A DNA stretch of 64,000 bases. Origin: an uncultured cyanobacterium (GTDB taxonomy: Bacteria; Cyanobacteriota; Cyanobacteriia; Pseudanabaenales; Pseudanabaenaceae). The stretch spans positions 3,808,001 to 3,872,000 of the forward strand of contig OY969811.1 of assembly GCA_963703315.1 (NCBI GenBank). The letters are read 5' to 3'. Positions 30,477 to 42,420 of the stretch are shown piece after piece. Position numbers and translations under genes: made by a program. Each line of letters opens with the position of its first letter. Position 1 is the first letter of the stretch. The notes under the pieces were generated by a model. That model had not been told where the DNA came from and ran no database searches. It was given only the letters and a program-made list of their open reading frames with translations.

Positions 30477-31676
30477 ATGGGTCGGGCGAAAAAAGTCGTA
30501 CTTGCGTATTCGGGCGGCGTTGATACATCTGTTTGCATTCCTTATCTGAAGCAAGAATGGGGTGTTGAAGAAGTCATTACCCTTGCAGCAGACCTCGGAC
30601 AAGGCGATGAATTAGCACCGATTAAACAGAAGGCTCTAGATTCAGGAGCATCGGTTTCTCTAGTTAGAGATGTCACTAAAGAATTTGTTACAGACTATGC
30701 TTTCCCTGCGATTAAAGCAAATGCCCTGTATGAAAATCGCTATCCACTAACTACAGCTCTAGCACGTCCTCTGATTGCCAAAATCTTAGTAGAAGCTGCC
30801 GAAGAATATGGAGCGGATGCCGTAGCTCATGGATGTACAGGCAAGGGCAACGACCAAGTGAGATTTGATGTGTCGATCGCTGCACTTAACCCTGACATTA
30901 AAGTATTAGCTCCTGCCCGTGAATGGGGTATGAGTCGTGAAGAAACGATCGCCTACGGTGAAAAGTTTGGTATCCCTTCACCTGTCAAGAAATCTTCTCC
31001 CTTCAGCATTGACCGTAACTTGCTCGGACGCAGCATTGAAGCGGGTCCCCTTGAAGATGCTTGGAATGAGCCACCTGAAGAAATTTATGACTTCACTAAG
31101 GCAATTTCGGACACTCCTGATCAGCCTACCTATACGGAAATTGGCTTTGAGAAAGGTCTTCCTGTATCGCTAGATGGTCAAGCCCTTGAGCCAGTAGAAT
31201 TGATTACCCAACTCAATGCGATCGCTGGCGGTAATGGCTATGGACGCATCGATATGGTCGAAAATCGTCTTGTGGGGATCAAGTCCCGCGAGATCTATGA
31301 AGCACCTGCGATGTTGGTGTTGATCCATGCTCACCGAGATCTCGAAAGCCTTGCATTGCCTTCTGACCTCGCCCAGTACAAGCGCAGTGTCGAAGAAACC
31401 TACGGCAAGATCATTTACAACGGCTTGTGGTACAGCCCCCTTAAAACTGCCCTTGATGCTTTTATCGATAAGAGTCAAGAACGAGTCACAGGCGTAGTTC
31501 GTGTCAAGTTCCATAAGGGCAATGCTACTATTGTCGGTCGTAAATCGGTGAACTCCCTCTACGATGAAGAGCTAGCCACCTACACCAGCGCTGACCAGTT
31601 CGACCATAAAGCGGCTGAAGGCTTTATCTATGTCTGGGGTCTACCAATCCGTGTATGGGCGCAGAAAAACAGATAA
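30477..31676 (+). CDS. argG: Argininosuccinate synthase
   Basis: [34 protein letters not shown]. Confidence 0.98.
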   Translation: MGRAKKVVLAYSGGVDTSVCIPYLKQEWGVEEVITLAADLGQGDELAPIKQKALDSGASVSLVRDVTKEFVTDYAFPAIKANALYENRYPLTTALARPLIAKILVEAAEEYGADAVAHGCTGKGNDQVRFDVSIAALNPDIKVLAPAREWGMSREETIAYGEKFGIPSPVKKSSPFSIDRNLLGRSIEAGPLEDAWNEPPEEIYDFTKAISDTPDQPTYTEIGFEKGLPVSLDGQALEPVELITQLNAIAGGNGYGRIDMVENRLVGIKSREIYEAPAMLVLIHAHRDLESLALPSDLAQYKRSVEETYGKIIYNGLWYSPLKTALDAFIDKSQERVTGVVRVKFHKGNATIVGRKSVNSLYDEELATYTSADQFDHKAAEGFIYVWGLPIRVWAQKNR

Positions 31677-31723
31677 ACTAAAAAGGAGCGCTAAGCGCTC
31701 CTTTTTAGTTTGTTGAGCAATAT

Positions 31724-32155
31724 ATGTCAAGAGTCCCTTTACCCGAAGAGCGCATTCTGTTTAAAGGTCATCCTGCTGTGATTGGTAGTGTGACTAGGTT
31801 GCTAATTTCCGTGTTTACTTTAGGGCTTGGGGCGGTTTGGTTTTGGCTAAAATCGATTAATACACAGTATTTAATTACTTCGCAACGGATTGTGATCGAA
31901 ACTGGCATCTTTTCCAGAGAGATCGAAACCCTAGAAATTTATCAAGTCGATGACATTCAGCTAGACAAACCATTAAATCAGCGTCTTATGGGAACTGGCA
32001 ATATATTCTTACTGACACGAGATATTTCGGCTCCTAAAATAATATTAGAAAGATTGCCCCTAGATGTCAGGGAGCTATACGAACAGATGCGTCCCTGTAT
32101 TCAGGAAGCAAGATTTCGTTTTCATGTCCGTGATGAAGATATTAATCGAGAGTAA
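31724..32155 (+). CDS. Bacterial PH-domain membrane protein
   Basis: TM helix then Y.ITSQRI..ETGIF...QRLMGTGNI. Confidence 0.8.
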   Translation: MSRVPLPEERILFKGHPAVIGSVTRLLISVFTLGLGAVWFWLKSINTQYLITSQRIVIETGIFSREIETLEIYQVDDIQLDKPLNQRLMGTGNIFLLTRDISAPKIILERLPLDVRELYEQMRPCIQEARFRFHVRDEDINRE

Positions 32156-32299
32156 ATGAGTCTGTTCTCGTTCCTACATCAACTTGGCAAATATAGCCAA
32201 AACGCTAAAGAGAGTGGCGTTTTGGGATTGAGATCAAATTTAGATAAAACTCAAGCTAAACTAGGGAGAACGTCTTAACTAGAGCCAAGTTTAGTAACA

Positions 32300-32941
32300 A
32301 TGACCTCATCATCGATATCAGTTAGAGAATTGCCTCTGTTCCCCTTACCTGAGTTGGTACTGTTTCCCGGACAGTCTTTGCCACTTCACATTTTTGAGTA
32401 TCGCTATCGCATGATGATCAATACAGTGTTGGAGAGCGATCGGATGTTTGGTGTGCTGATGTGGGACTCAGAGACGGGTAAACCTGCAAATATTGGTTGT
32501 GTCGCTCAAATTGTGCAATATCATCGCCTACCAGACGATCGCTTCAAGATTTTGACAATGGGACAGCAACGCTTTCGAGTTTTAGAGTATGTACGAGAAA
32601 CTCCCTATCGTGTGGGCTTAGTGGAATGGATTGAGGACGAACCTAGCAATGATGCACCATTTCTATTAGCCACAGAAGTTCGTGAATTGCTTAACGATGT
32701 AATTCGGCTATCACAGAAGCTCACTGATCAAGAAATAGAGTTACCTAAAATTCCCCGTAGCCCCATTGAGTTGTCCTACTGGGTAGCTAGCAATTTTCAA
32801 GGGGCAAGTCTAGAGCAGCAATCTTTACTAGAAACGCTTGACACTGCCGCAAGGTTACGCCGTGAAGCAGAGATATTATCTTCTACAAGAAGTCAATTGG
32901 CGGCTCGTACAGTTTTAAAGGATACTTTTAAGGAAATCTAG
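32300..32941 (+). CDS. LON peptidase substrate-binding domain protein
   Basis: LPLFPL..VLFPG..LPLHIFE.RYR.M; no AAA or protease domain. Confidence 0.9.
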   Translation: MTSSSISVRELPLFPLPELVLFPGQSLPLHIFEYRYRMMINTVLESDRMFGVLMWDSETGKPANIGCVAQIVQYHRLPDDRFKILTMGQQRFRVLEYVRETPYRVGLVEWIEDEPSNDAPFLLATEVRELLNDVIRLSQKLTDQEIELPKIPRSPIELSYWVASNFQGASLEQQSLLETLDTAARLRREAEILSSTRSQLAARTVLKDTFKEI

Positions 32942-33035
32942 AAATTCACGATTCTCTAAGAAATCTATCGGAATCTTAAGGATAAAGAAAAGTCGTATTT
33001 ACTTAGATTTTTTTACAATCTTCACTACAAGAGGC

Positions 33036-35384
33036 ATGGGCAGAATGTTTGTTCTTTTGAGGCAACAACTAAAGCCATTCCCAAGAATTGTAGCAATTGT
33101 TATGCTAGCTCTGGTTTACTATGCAACAGCAGAGCTTTCACGTCATGTCGCAGCTACACCCCAAGCCGTTACACCTGTATGGCCACCTGATGGATTTGCG
33201 GCTGCGGCAGTCCTCACTTTTGGGATTCAGATCTTACCTGGAGTTTTCATTGGTTCATTTCTGGCAAATATCTGGGCGTTTTTTAATGCTGATAGTTTGT
33301 ATATGGGCATTACCTCAACTTTACAGGTCATAGGAATCGCGATCGGTACAACAATTGGGGCTGGGGTAGGTAACTATTTATTACGTCGGTCAATTAAAGG
33401 AAGAGATCCTTTCCGTAAGTTGAATGATACCTATAAATTCCTCGGTTTTATCGGTCTTGTAATACCAATAATTAATGCCACTATAGGTGTGATTTGTCTA
33501 TGCTTAGGAGGTAATGTTTCTTGGTCAGCATTTGTTCAGACTTGGCTAACTTGGTGGATTTCCAATGTTGCAGGGATATGCATATTTACTCCAGCTATTC
33601 TAAGTTGGTATACACTTAGATTCAAGATAATCAGAAACCATGTAACTTCATCAAGTTCAAACCGAAGCAATACAAAAGAAACTAAGCAATGGAAAATTAG
33701 GATATGGCGAGTTTCTGAAGCAGTAATTTTAACCTTAATTGTTTTTTATATTAGCCTTATTTCTTTCTATGAAAATTATCATCTTGAATACATCTTACTG
33801 CCTTGTTTAGTATGGTCAGTACTACGATTTGGTCAGTTTGGAGCAACTAATTTAATTGTCATCATCACGATGATTGCTGTTTTAGGAACTGTTAGAGAAT
33901 TAGGTACATTTGCCTTTAACAATTCTCATTACTCACTGATTTTATTACAGTCTTTTATTATTGTGATTGTAGTTACGACATTAAGCTTAAATGCCATATT
34001 ATCTGAAAAGCAACAAGCGATCGCCAATCTCCAGCATTCAAAAACAAGATTAACAAATAAATCTAATCAGCTTGAAAGTAGTAAAGCTATTCTCAAAACA
34101 ACTGCATTAATGTTAGAACAAAAAAATGCTGCATTAACTGAAGCTAAGAAGTTTGCCGAGAAAGCAAGTCTCACGAAGACTGAATTTTTATCTAACATGA
34201 GTCATGAGTTAAGAACGCCACTCCATGCAATTTTAGGCTTTGTTCAATTATTACAAGAGTCTCCAAATTTAGATCAACAAGATAAGTCTGATCTGCAAAC
34301 TGTCTATAAATCTGGCATCCATTTATTAAACTTAATTAATGATATTCTCGACATTTCTAAAATTGAAGTTGGTAAATTAGAACTGCAATCACAGGATATA
34401 TTTTTTTACGTGTTTCTAAAGGATTTAGTAGAAATCAATCGAATTCAAGCTGTACAAAAAAAAATTAATTTTTTCTATGATTTTTCTGACAACCTACCTG
34501 AATTAGTACTTGCAGATGCCAAAAGATTAAAACAGGTAATCTTGAATTTATTGAGTAATGCAATTAAATTTACGGATCAGGGTTATGTAATATTTAGAGT
34601 TAGAGCGGATCAGGTGGAAGGAGTAGATGATGAGATAATCAAGCCGCGTATGTTAATTCATTTTGAAGTAGAAGATACTGGTATCGGTATTCCAGAAGAC
34701 AAATTAGAATCAATTTTTTTACCATTCGAGCAAACAGGAGATACAAAATTTAAGGTTCAAGGCACTGGTTTAGGACTAGCGATTAGCCAAAAGATTCTGG
34801 CAATGATGGATAGTAAAATTACTGTTAGTAGTCAAAAAGGAGTTGGTAGTATTTTTCGCTTTACAATCTGTCTCGAAACTCCTAAATCGACGCTTGTAGA
34901 TCAACTGCATGATTCTATCGATAGGTGTGCAATCAATCAGGAATTTCCTTTTGATCGAAATTTAGCTAAACAATTACCCTTGAAGATTTTACTAGCTGAA
35001 GACAATATTATTAATCAGAAAGTTGCCCTAAAAATTTTGAATCAATTAGGTTATGAAATTAGTATTGTTAATAATGGGGTGAAAGTTTTAGAGGCTCTCA
35101 ATGAGCATATCTATGATGTAATTTTGATGGATGTCCAAATGCCTGAGATGAATGGGATTGAAACTACGAAACAGATTTTACAAAATCAAAGCTTGAGCCA
35201 ACGACCTTATATCATTGCGATGACGGCAAATGCGATGGACGGCGATCGCCTGATTTGTTTAGAGGCTGGTATGGATGACTACATTAGTAAGCCCATTGAT
35301 GTGAACTTATTAGTAGAGGCTCTTTGGAAATCGCAATATCATAGACAGGGCAATGATACTTTTTCGGGTGTTGTCGATACCTGA
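33036..35384 (+). CDS. Hybrid histidine kinase (MASE1-HisKA-HATPase-REC)
   Basis: VWPPDG, SHELRTPL, NLLSNAIKFT, GTGLGL, LMDVQMP. Confidence 0.93.
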   Translation: MGRMFVLLRQQLKPFPRIVAIVMLALVYYATAELSRHVAATPQAVTPVWPPDGFAAAAVLTFGIQILPGVFIGSFLANIWAFFNADSLYMGITSTLQVIGIAIGTTIGAGVGNYLLRRSIKGRDPFRKLNDTYKFLGFIGLVIPIINATIGVICLCLGGNVSWSAFVQTWLTWWISNVAGICIFTPAILSWYTLRFKIIRNHVTSSSSNRSNTKETKQWKIRIWRVSEAVILTLIVFYISLISFYENYHLEYILLPCLVWSVLRFGQFGATNLIVIITMIAVLGTVRELGTFAFNNSHYSLILLQSFIIVIVVTTLSLNAILSEKQQAIANLQHSKTRLTNKSNQLESSKAILKTTALMLEQKNAALTEAKKFAEKASLTKTEFLSNMSHELRTPLHAILGFVQLLQESPNLDQQDKSDLQTVYKSGIHLLNLINDILDISKIEVGKLELQSQDIFFYVFLKDLVEINRIQAVQKKINFFYDFSDNLPELVLADAKRLKQVILNLLSNAIKFTDQGYVIFRVRADQVEGVDDEIIKPRMLIHFEVEDTGIGIPEDKLESIFLPFEQTGDTKFKVQGTGLGLAISQKILAMMDSKITVSSQKGVGSIFRFTICLETPKSTLVDQLHDSIDRCAINQEFPFDRNLAKQLPLKILLAEDNIINQKVALKILNQLGYEISIVNNGVKVLEALNEHIYDVILMDVQMPEMNGIETTKQILQNQSLSQRPYIIAMTANAMDGDRLICLEAGMDDYISKPIDVNLLVEALWKSQYHRQGNDTFSGVVDT

Positions 35385-35433
35385 AAAGTTGCAAAATCTA
35401 GAGATTTTTAATTTTTTGTGAGGAGAAATAGTA

Positions 35434-36516
35434 GTGAATATTGGCGTACCAAAAGAAATTAAAGATCAAGAGTTTCGGGTGGGATTGACACCTGCGGGTG
35501 TAGCCACTTTGACGGCGCGATCGCATCAAGTTTTTATCGAGACAAATGCGGGGCTTGGTTCTGGTTTTAGCGATCAAGAGTATATCCAAGCAGGGGCAAA
35601 AATTGTCGCCACATCTCAAGAAGTTTACGCTCAAGCGATGGTGGTGAAGGTAAAGGAACCTTTGCCCAGTGAATATGGCTTGTTGCATCCGCAGTTGATT
35701 TTATTTACCTATCTCCATCTTGCCGCCGATCGCCAACTCACCGAAGCTCTCATTAAATCAGGTGCAACCTGTATCGCCTATGAAACGGTGCAACTAGATA
35801 ATGGTCAGTTACCTCTGCTCGTACCGATGAGCATTATTGCAGGAAGGTTGTCAGTACAGTTTGGGGCGCATTACTTAACCAAGCAACAGGGCGGTAGTGG
35901 CGTTTTACTCGGTGGTATTCCGGGGGTGCGATCGGGTCATGTAGTCGTGCTGGGTGGCGGCGTAGTCGGTACTGAAGCGGCAAGAATGGCGATCGGTTTA
36001 GGGGCAAGAGTGACAATTCTTGATGTCAATATTAATCGCCTTGGAGAATTAGAGTCTCTGTTTGGTTCTAGAGTTCAGCTTTTATATAGTAATGCGAGTA
36101 ATATTACTGAGTCAGTGATGGCAGCAGATCTGGTTATCGGAGCCGTCTTGATTACTGGCAAACGCGCCCCGACTTTAGTAACCCGTGAATTAGTGGCAAA
36201 AATGCGATCGCACTCTGTCATCGTCGATGTAGCCGTTGATCAAGGCGGATGTATTGAGACAGTCAGACCAACTTCACATACAGAGCCTGTTTATGAAGAG
36301 GAAGGGGTTTTACATTATGGTGTGCCTAATATGCCGGGGGCAGTACCTTGGACAGCAACACAGGCATTAGTAAATGCAACGCTTCCCTATACCTGCGCGT
36401 TGGCAGATTTTGGTTTGGAAGCACTAAAACGCGATCGCGTTTTGGCAAAGGGCTTAAATATTCAAAATGGTCGGATTGTCTACGATGCTGTTGCCGAAGC
36501 ATTTCCTGATTTATAG
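35434..36516 (+). CDS. ald: Alanine dehydrogenase
   Basis: IGVPKEIK..E.RV, LFTYLHLA, DVAVDQGGC, NMPGAVP. Confidence 0.97.
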   Translation: MNIGVPKEIKDQEFRVGLTPAGVATLTARSHQVFIETNAGLGSGFSDQEYIQAGAKIVATSQEVYAQAMVVKVKEPLPSEYGLLHPQLILFTYLHLAADRQLTEALIKSGATCIAYETVQLDNGQLPLLVPMSIIAGRLSVQFGAHYLTKQQGGSGVLLGGIPGVRSGHVVVLGGGVVGTEAARMAIGLGARVTILDVNINRLGELESLFGSRVQLLYSNASNITESVMAADLVIGAVLITGKRAPTLVTRELVAKMRSHSVIVDVAVDQGGCIETVRPTSHTEPVYEEEGVLHYGVPNMPGAVPWTATQALVNATLPYTCALADFGLEALKRDRVLAKGLNIQNGRIVYDAVAEAFPDL

Positions 36517-37079
36517 CGATCGCCACTTGCTTTACTGCCTACAAAAAAAGAGAATTGCCGCGCTAAGCGCGGCAATTCTCTTTTTTTTGTATAACTGTCG
36601 CCAGTTTTGTTAGGACAAATCAAAACCCAAGAAGAGAAGAGTGGCGGCGCGAAGCGCCGCTACTCTCTTCTTGGGTTTATTGAGAGCTAATATTCAGCAA
36701 AAAGTATTACTTCTTTAGGAAGAGTTACACAAAAAATCTATATCAAGATATTTTGTAGGGAACCTTGTTTTAAAAACTCTGTCTTAACCCCTATAAGCGA
36801 TGATTAAACTGAAATTTAATATCAGCATAAGCGCTTTATATTCGTATTTGAGTCAAAAGATCTTCTAAATATCTAATTAACGTTATTTATCCATGATTTA
36901 TTAGATCTTGAGAAATTTAGATTGATGTACAGAGTGTCTACTCGACAGGATCTAAATCTTCAAAATAGAGGCGATTTGATCAGATAAAACGAAAATTTAA
37001 TTGATGTTCTGAAGTGCGGCTCATTGACCATCTAAATGCTCGCTCACATTTACTTATTAATCCTCAAGGAGAAACGTTA

Positions 37080-37637
37080 ATGGCTCTCGTCTCAACATTT
37101 GAACTTCTTTTCAAGCCCCAGCTTCCCAAGTCCATTACCGCAACAGTCCCTAAGCTAACCTCAATCACTAGAAATATCCTCCAAGGCTATTTTCTATCGA
37201 TCGCCAATGTAACGGATCAATTGGTCAACCTCACTGTAGTCTTTACGATTAAGACCTCGACTAAGTTGAAGAAGACCGACTTGATCACCTTTTTGGACAG
37301 CACTGGTGTTAATGGACCAGCTAGTCTTGTAAAGTTTGAAGAAAATGCAGATATCAAGAAATTCTATTTTGCATTTCCCCTCAACAAGCAAGATACAGGG
37401 CTATTTCTTCTCCAAGCCAATGTTCTTGATTCGGACATTTTTAAAGCCTTAAACTTTGAAGAGAGAGGATATGTAGAGATCTTCATTTCAGACAATTCTC
37501 CATCTAACACAACAAAGTTGCTGATTACTCCTGAGCATCGCGGTACATTCTTTGGAGAGAATAAAGCAGAAGCTGGAGAAGTAGCCTATGCCTTACCTCT
37601 TGCTAGCGGTAAAGCTCTCTTTGAGTTAAGCAAATAG
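37080..37637 (+). CDS. Hypothetical protein
   Basis: SD AAGGAG before ATG 37080; hairpin after the stop. Confidence 0.75.
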   Translation: MALVSTFELLFKPQLPKSITATVPKLTSITRNILQGYFLSIANVTDQLVNLTVVFTIKTSTKLKKTDLITFLDSTGVNGPASLVKFEENADIKKFYFAFPLNKQDTGLFLLQANVLDSDIFKALNFEERGYVEIFISDNSPSNTTKLLITPEHRGTFFGENKAEAGEVAYALPLASGKALFELSK

Positions 37638-37712
37638 AAACAAAATCAGGAGATGAAGCCCTTGCTTCGCTCCTGATTCTGCATCATATCAAATATTAAG
37701 TATTACCAGCTT

Positions 37713-38564
37713 ATGTCAGATTCTCATTACCCTAGCTACGAGAAGATATCGAATAGCCAAGTACTGCTACATCCTAGCCCTAAAGGGATAATTCAGTTTA
37801 TTGGTGGCTTCGTATTTGGTGCTTGTCCTGCTTGGTCATATAAATATTTGCACCAGTTTCTCTTTGATCAAGGTTATTCGATCATTCTGTACCCATTCCC
37901 TTTTAATCCATTTCAATTCAATCATTGGGAAGTATCTCTAGAGTTACTGAAAGAACAAAAACTATTGAAGACCCAAATCGTGGAGTTCTTGAAGCAACGT
38001 CATCAACCCATTGATGTTGTTGGACTTTACGCTAAGCAAGAGAGTTATCTATGGTTGGGTCATAGTCTTGGATGCAAATATATCATTCTGCTTGAAATTT
38101 TGAGTAATCCCCCAAAAAGACGAGAAGAAATTCTCAAAAAATCTTTGGATGAAGTAGATGCGAAGGACATCCTTGATAAAATCAAACAGGCAAACTTAGA
38201 GGAATCAATCAACCCAAATTTCATTCGTAATCAGCCTTCCGTCTTGCTTGCTCCTGAAATCAGTAACACTGTGAGATTTCTTAGGTCAGGTTGGCGAGTT
38301 TCCAATAACAGAGCTAAACCTAATCAGCAACAAACTGAAAGTTTAATTCGTGCTAGTAACGAACTTTTTAATCTCACTGGGATTATCTCTTTCAGTCAAG
38401 ATGCGATCGCTGAAGATGATGTTGTATTTTTAAGAGAGCAGTTTCAAGGCAAAAATAAGTCTTTATATCAAGAGATATGGGGATGGCATCTTGAACCTTT
38501 GAATATTCGTATTGAAGATATTGGTCGTGGGATTGTCAGTTTCTTTGACCAGTTAAAACTGTAG
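37713..38564 (+). CDS. DUF1350-like alpha/beta hydrolase
   Basis: FIGGFVFG, GHSLGCK. Confidence 0.8.
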   Translation: MSDSHYPSYEKISNSQVLLHPSPKGIIQFIGGFVFGACPAWSYKYLHQFLFDQGYSIILYPFPFNPFQFNHWEVSLELLKEQKLLKTQIVEFLKQRHQPIDVVGLYAKQESYLWLGHSLGCKYIILLEILSNPPKRREEILKKSLDEVDAKDILDKIKQANLEESINPNFIRNQPSVLLAPEISNTVRFLRSGWRVSNNRAKPNQQQTESLIRASNELFNLTGIISFSQDAIAEDDVVFLREQFQGKNKSLYQEIWGWHLEPLNIRIEDIGRGIVSFFDQLKL

Positions 38565-38819
38565 CTAGTTAGGACAAAACCCAAACCCAAAAGAAGGTTG
38601 CAGCAATGATTGCTGCAACTTTCTTTTGGGTTTGGGATATTTTTGTTTTTTGAAGATGTTAAAAAACTCTGTGGGTTTGGGTAACATCTTGCTTGTTACA
38701 AACAGAGTAACTTCTATACTTAAATATATTCTAAATTATATATTTTTTATATATTTTATATATTTCAAAAGAGTTGCTAAAGACGGAGACCAAGTTAGGG
38801 TCTAAGATGAGGACAAATC

Positions 38820-39866
38820 ATGAAAGCAGTGCGATTAAATCTTGAAGATAGACAGGCTTGGCAGAAACTACAACACGTTCTGACTAGTCTTGCTTCCGAT
38901 TATATGGATCTAGTGGCTGCTGAGCAAACAGAATTTAAGTTTGAGCAGCAAGTTCTATCCATTGCTTTTACGCTGATTACTTCTAACTCCGATCGCGATC
39001 GCCTAAATGAGTTTACACAAAGTATTGATCGATATTTCAATCGCCTACAGTTAGTTGGGGTACGGCGCATTGAATGGGAGTTTTACATCATTGGGGAAGA
39101 TGTACCAGTTTTAGCTCAAGGACGCGATATTGCCTATATTGCTGCACCTGCGCCATTACCGACTAGTGCCATCACTCGTAATGATGCTGCTACGCGATCA
39201 CCTGTTCGTAATTCACCACAGGGTTCCATCGCCAAAGGAAAATCTCAAGCTAAGAACCTCGTGCGTCGTTTGCGGGGGTGGTTAACTGATCCCAAAAACA
39301 TAGAAGCCGCAAGAACCGCTAGCCGCATTACCATTCGCGATCCTAGAGGAGCCTTAGAGGCAGTCCGCACCACGACGATCGCCAAGTTTAACGACACAAT
39401 TCAATGGGTTGACACTTTCCCTTGGGAAAATTGGACAAAGGAAAAAGCACAGCAAATCAAGCGTCGCCATCAACGTAATTTAGTGCGAGCAGTGATTGAA
39501 GATGTACTGTTTTTAGGAGTATTGCTGATCTGTCTATATTGGTTGACAGAAGCACTCTCAGGACCAACGCTCAATCTTGCACTTTTACCGAAGCAACACC
39601 ACGAAACAAGTATTGCTACTGTGAAGTACCGTTGTGGGAATCCTGCGGTATCGCTGAAAAACTATGTTTGTTTAGGTCGGGGGATGAACTATAACCAAGT
39701 AGCTAGCATCTTAGGGGGTGATGGTAAGCCTTTAGGAATTGATCATAAATTTGGCGATCGCGCCGTGATTGTGAGTTGGTCAAGCCCAGATTTAGTGATG
39801 AATGCCACTTTTGTGAATGACAAGCTAATTTCAAGATCATATCGACAACTGACTGCTAGCAGATAA
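38820..39866 (+). CDS. Hypothetical single-pass membrane protein with a BamE/BLIP-like C-terminal domain
   Basis: One TM helix, then GMNY.QV..ILG..G...W...ATF.NDKL. Confidence 0.65.
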   Translation: MKAVRLNLEDRQAWQKLQHVLTSLASDYMDLVAAEQTEFKFEQQVLSIAFTLITSNSDRDRLNEFTQSIDRYFNRLQLVGVRRIEWEFYIIGEDVPVLAQGRDIAYIAAPAPLPTSAITRNDAATRSPVRNSPQGSIAKGKSQAKNLVRRLRGWLTDPKNIEAARTASRITIRDPRGALEAVRTTTIAKFNDTIQWVDTFPWENWTKEKAQQIKRRHQRNLVRAVIEDVLFLGVLLICLYWLTEALSGPTLNLALLPKQHHETSIATVKYRCGNPAVSLKNYVCLGRGMNYNQVASILGGDGKPLGIDHKFGDRAVIVSWSSPDLVMNATFVNDKLISRSYRQLTASR

Positions 39867-39941
39867 ACATATAAAATACATATAAAATAATAGGAGGTTC
39901 GCTTTGCGAACCTCCTATTATTTTGAGTTTTAAGACTTACC

Positions 39942-40688
39942 TTGAAAAGATTGTTTAAAGTTACAAGTCTATTAACTTGGGTGATGCTTGCAAATATCGT
40001 CATCTCCACAGGGCAAGCGATCGCCGCAAATTTTCCAAACTCTAAACGGCTCCAGTCGCCCAAAACGACTCAAGCGGACAAACGTACCGCCGATGAATAT
40101 CGCCAGATGGGGCTTGCTTATCGTAGGGAGGAACGCTTTGATGAGGCGATCACCGCTTTGCAAAAGTCAGTTACCCTAGATCCACAAAATCTTGATGGTA
40201 GAATTATTCTCGGTTGGACACAGCATCTCTCGAAGAAACACGATGAGGCAGCACAGTCGCTCTGGAGTGCCATTTATCTATCTCCAACATCACTACAAGC
40301 ATTTAATGCGATCGGGATCGTTTATCTAGTACGTGGCGATTTATCACAATCGGTACTACTCCATAGTTGGGCAGCAATGCTCAAGTCTGACAACGAAATT
40401 GCCCATTACAATCTCAGTCTCGCTTATCAGCGCTTACAACAATATGATCTGGCGATCGCCTATGCTCAAAAAGCGATCGAACTAGAACCAAATAATCCAC
40501 ATCCTTTTGTGGCTAGTGCGATCGCCCAATGGACAGCAGGCGATCGCACTGGAGCAAAGAAAATATTTCGTGAGGCGATCGGTGTGGACGGAAGATATCG
40601 CAGTCCTGAGTTTTTAAACTTTCTCAACGAAGCGGGTTTTAGTAGCGATCAAGTTCAAACCGCTAAACAGGTATTGGCAAGCTTATAA
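39942..40688 (+). CDS. Tetratricopeptide repeat protein (secreted)
   Basis: Signal-like N-terminus; multiple TPRs. Confidence 0.85.
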   Translation: MKRLFKVTSLLTWVMLANIVISTGQAIAANFPNSKRLQSPKTTQADKRTADEYRQMGLAYRREERFDEAITALQKSVTLDPQNLDGRIILGWTQHLSKKHDEAAQSLWSAIYLSPTSLQAFNAIGIVYLVRGDLSQSVLLHSWAAMLKSDNEIAHYNLSLAYQRLQQYDLAIAYAQKAIELEPNNPHPFVASAIAQWTAGDRTGAKKIFREAIGVDGRYRSPEFLNFLNEAGFSSDQVQTAKQVLASL

Positions 40689-40735
40689 ATTCCCAACTTA
40701 GAAGAAGGATTGCAAAGCAATCCTTCTTCTAAAAT

Positions 40736-41872
40736 TTAGCGCTCGTTGATTGGTACATAAGTGACATCATGCAAGCCTGTATACATTTGCGTAGGACGGA
40801 ACAAACGATTGTCAGAAAGTTGCTCTTTCCAATGCGCTAGCCATCCAGGAACACGGGCGATCGCAAAAATAGTCGTAAATAAATTACTAGGAATACCTAG
40901 TTTCTTATAAACCAATCCCGAATAGAAATCCACATTTGGATGAATTCCCTTACTAGCAAGCTTATCATAGGCTTGCTTCTCTAGTTCTAGAGCAACGTCA
41001 TAGTAAGGATCATGACCAAATTTATCAAATAACTCATGGACTAAACCTTGCAGCACGATTGCACGAGGATCTTTGACTTTATAAATGCGATGTCCAAAGC
41101 CCATGATCTTCTCTTTGCGCTCAATTTTGCGCTCAAGATAGGCAGTAACATTTTCGACAGAACCAATTTCTTCGAGCATGATCATCACTTCTTCATTGGC
41201 TCCACCATGCAAAGGTCCTGCCAAAGTTCCAATCGCCGAAGTCATCACTGCGTATGGATCAGTAAGTGTAGAAGCTGTCACCAAAGCCGCAAAAGTAGAA
41301 GCATTGACAGTATGTTCTGCATGAAGAGTTAAACATACATCAAAAACATAAGCCGCTAAGGGATCAGGAACCTTCTCATTGAGCATATAGAGAAAATTAG
41401 AAGCATAGTCCAAATCATCACGAGGCATCACAGGATCATTTCCTTGACGCATCATGTTAAAAGCAGCGACCATCGTTGGTACTTTGGCAAGTAGCCGCAC
41501 CGTTGCTTGATAGATATAGTCAAAGTCATGAAAATTACCCAAAGGATAAAACATTCCTAAAGCCGCGACACTCGTTTGCAGCGCATCCATTGGATGAGCA
41601 TTATCAGGGAAGGACTTAATCATGTCGCGAATACGATATTTAATTCTTCTTCTATGGGTAATATCGTGTTCAAATTCCTTTAGTTGAATTGGTTTTGGCA
41701 ATTCACCGAAGATTAATAAGTAACTGGTTTCAAGGAAATTACTATGTTTGCAAAGATCCTCAATACGGATACCTCGATATTCGAGCAACCCTGATTTACC
41801 ATCAACATAACTTATGTTGGACTGGGTTGCAGGAACTCCTTCTAAACCAGGCTTATATTCTCCGATCGCCAT
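40736..41872 (-). CDS. gltA: Citrate synthase
   Basis: GLEGV, LHAEH, GPLHGGAN, MGFGHR, PNVDFYSG. Confidence 0.98.
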   Translation of the reverse strand: MAIGEYKPGLEGVPATQSNISYVDGKSGLLEYRGIRIEDLCKHSNFLETSYLLIFGELPKPIQLKEFEHDITHRRRIKYRIRDMIKSFPDNAHPMDALQTSVAALGMFYPLGNFHDFDYIYQATVRLLAKVPTMVAAFNMMRQGNDPVMPRDDLDYASNFLYMLNEKVPDPLAAYVFDVCLTLHAEHTVNASTFAALVTASTLTDPYAVMTSAIGTLAGPLHGGANEEVMIMLEEIGSVENVTAYLERKIERKEKIMGFGHRIYKVKDPRAIVLQGLVHELFDKFGHDPYYDVALELEKQAYDKLASKGIHPNVDFYSGLVYKKLGIPSNLFTTIFAIARVPGWLAHWKEQLSDNRLFRPTQMYTGLHDVTYVPINER

Positions 41873-42268
41873 AAATTAGCTACCTTACAAGGTTAATTTT
41901 GTTGTTTCTTAATTATTTTATCGTTATGTATGCTTGTGACTGTGCATTCAGAACAATCAATCTAAAAAGCCAGAGAGTAACCAAATGTCTCCCTGACTTT
42001 TGAGGTTTTATTGTAATTTCAAGCTGAAATTATTGGAATGGGTTATTGCCATATTTACCAAATAGAGTAGCTTCGCCCTTAATGACGGCTTTGCCGAGAT
42101 TAAAAGCTGCCCAAAAAACTACCAAAACGACAGGGCCCAATACTACTAGTACTCTCCAGTCCATATATTTATACCTAAATTAAATAAAATTACATAGAAA
42201 TTGCTTTTAGTATTTATTATGCCAGTAAACCCGATCAAAAAGTAAAAGGTAAGCCTGAGCTTGACTAC

Positions 42269-42371
42269 TAAGTAGCTGAGCATAATTAAAAACCAGAGTA
42301 AAACCTGTGGCGCACGCTGCGCGTGCGCCACAGGTTTTTGAGTTTTATATTTAATTGCGCCCAGCTACTTA
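42269..42371. mobile_element. MITE-like element family A, full copy
   Basis: Ends TAAGTAGCTG...CAGCTACTTA; central hairpin AAAACCTGTGGCGCACGC-TGC-GCGTGCGCCACAGGTTTT; second copy at 47258. Confidence 0.7.
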
Positions 42372-42420
42372 CCTTTTAGTCAGTTTGTGTTATATGTCAT
42401 CTGTCTAGATTGAAATTTTT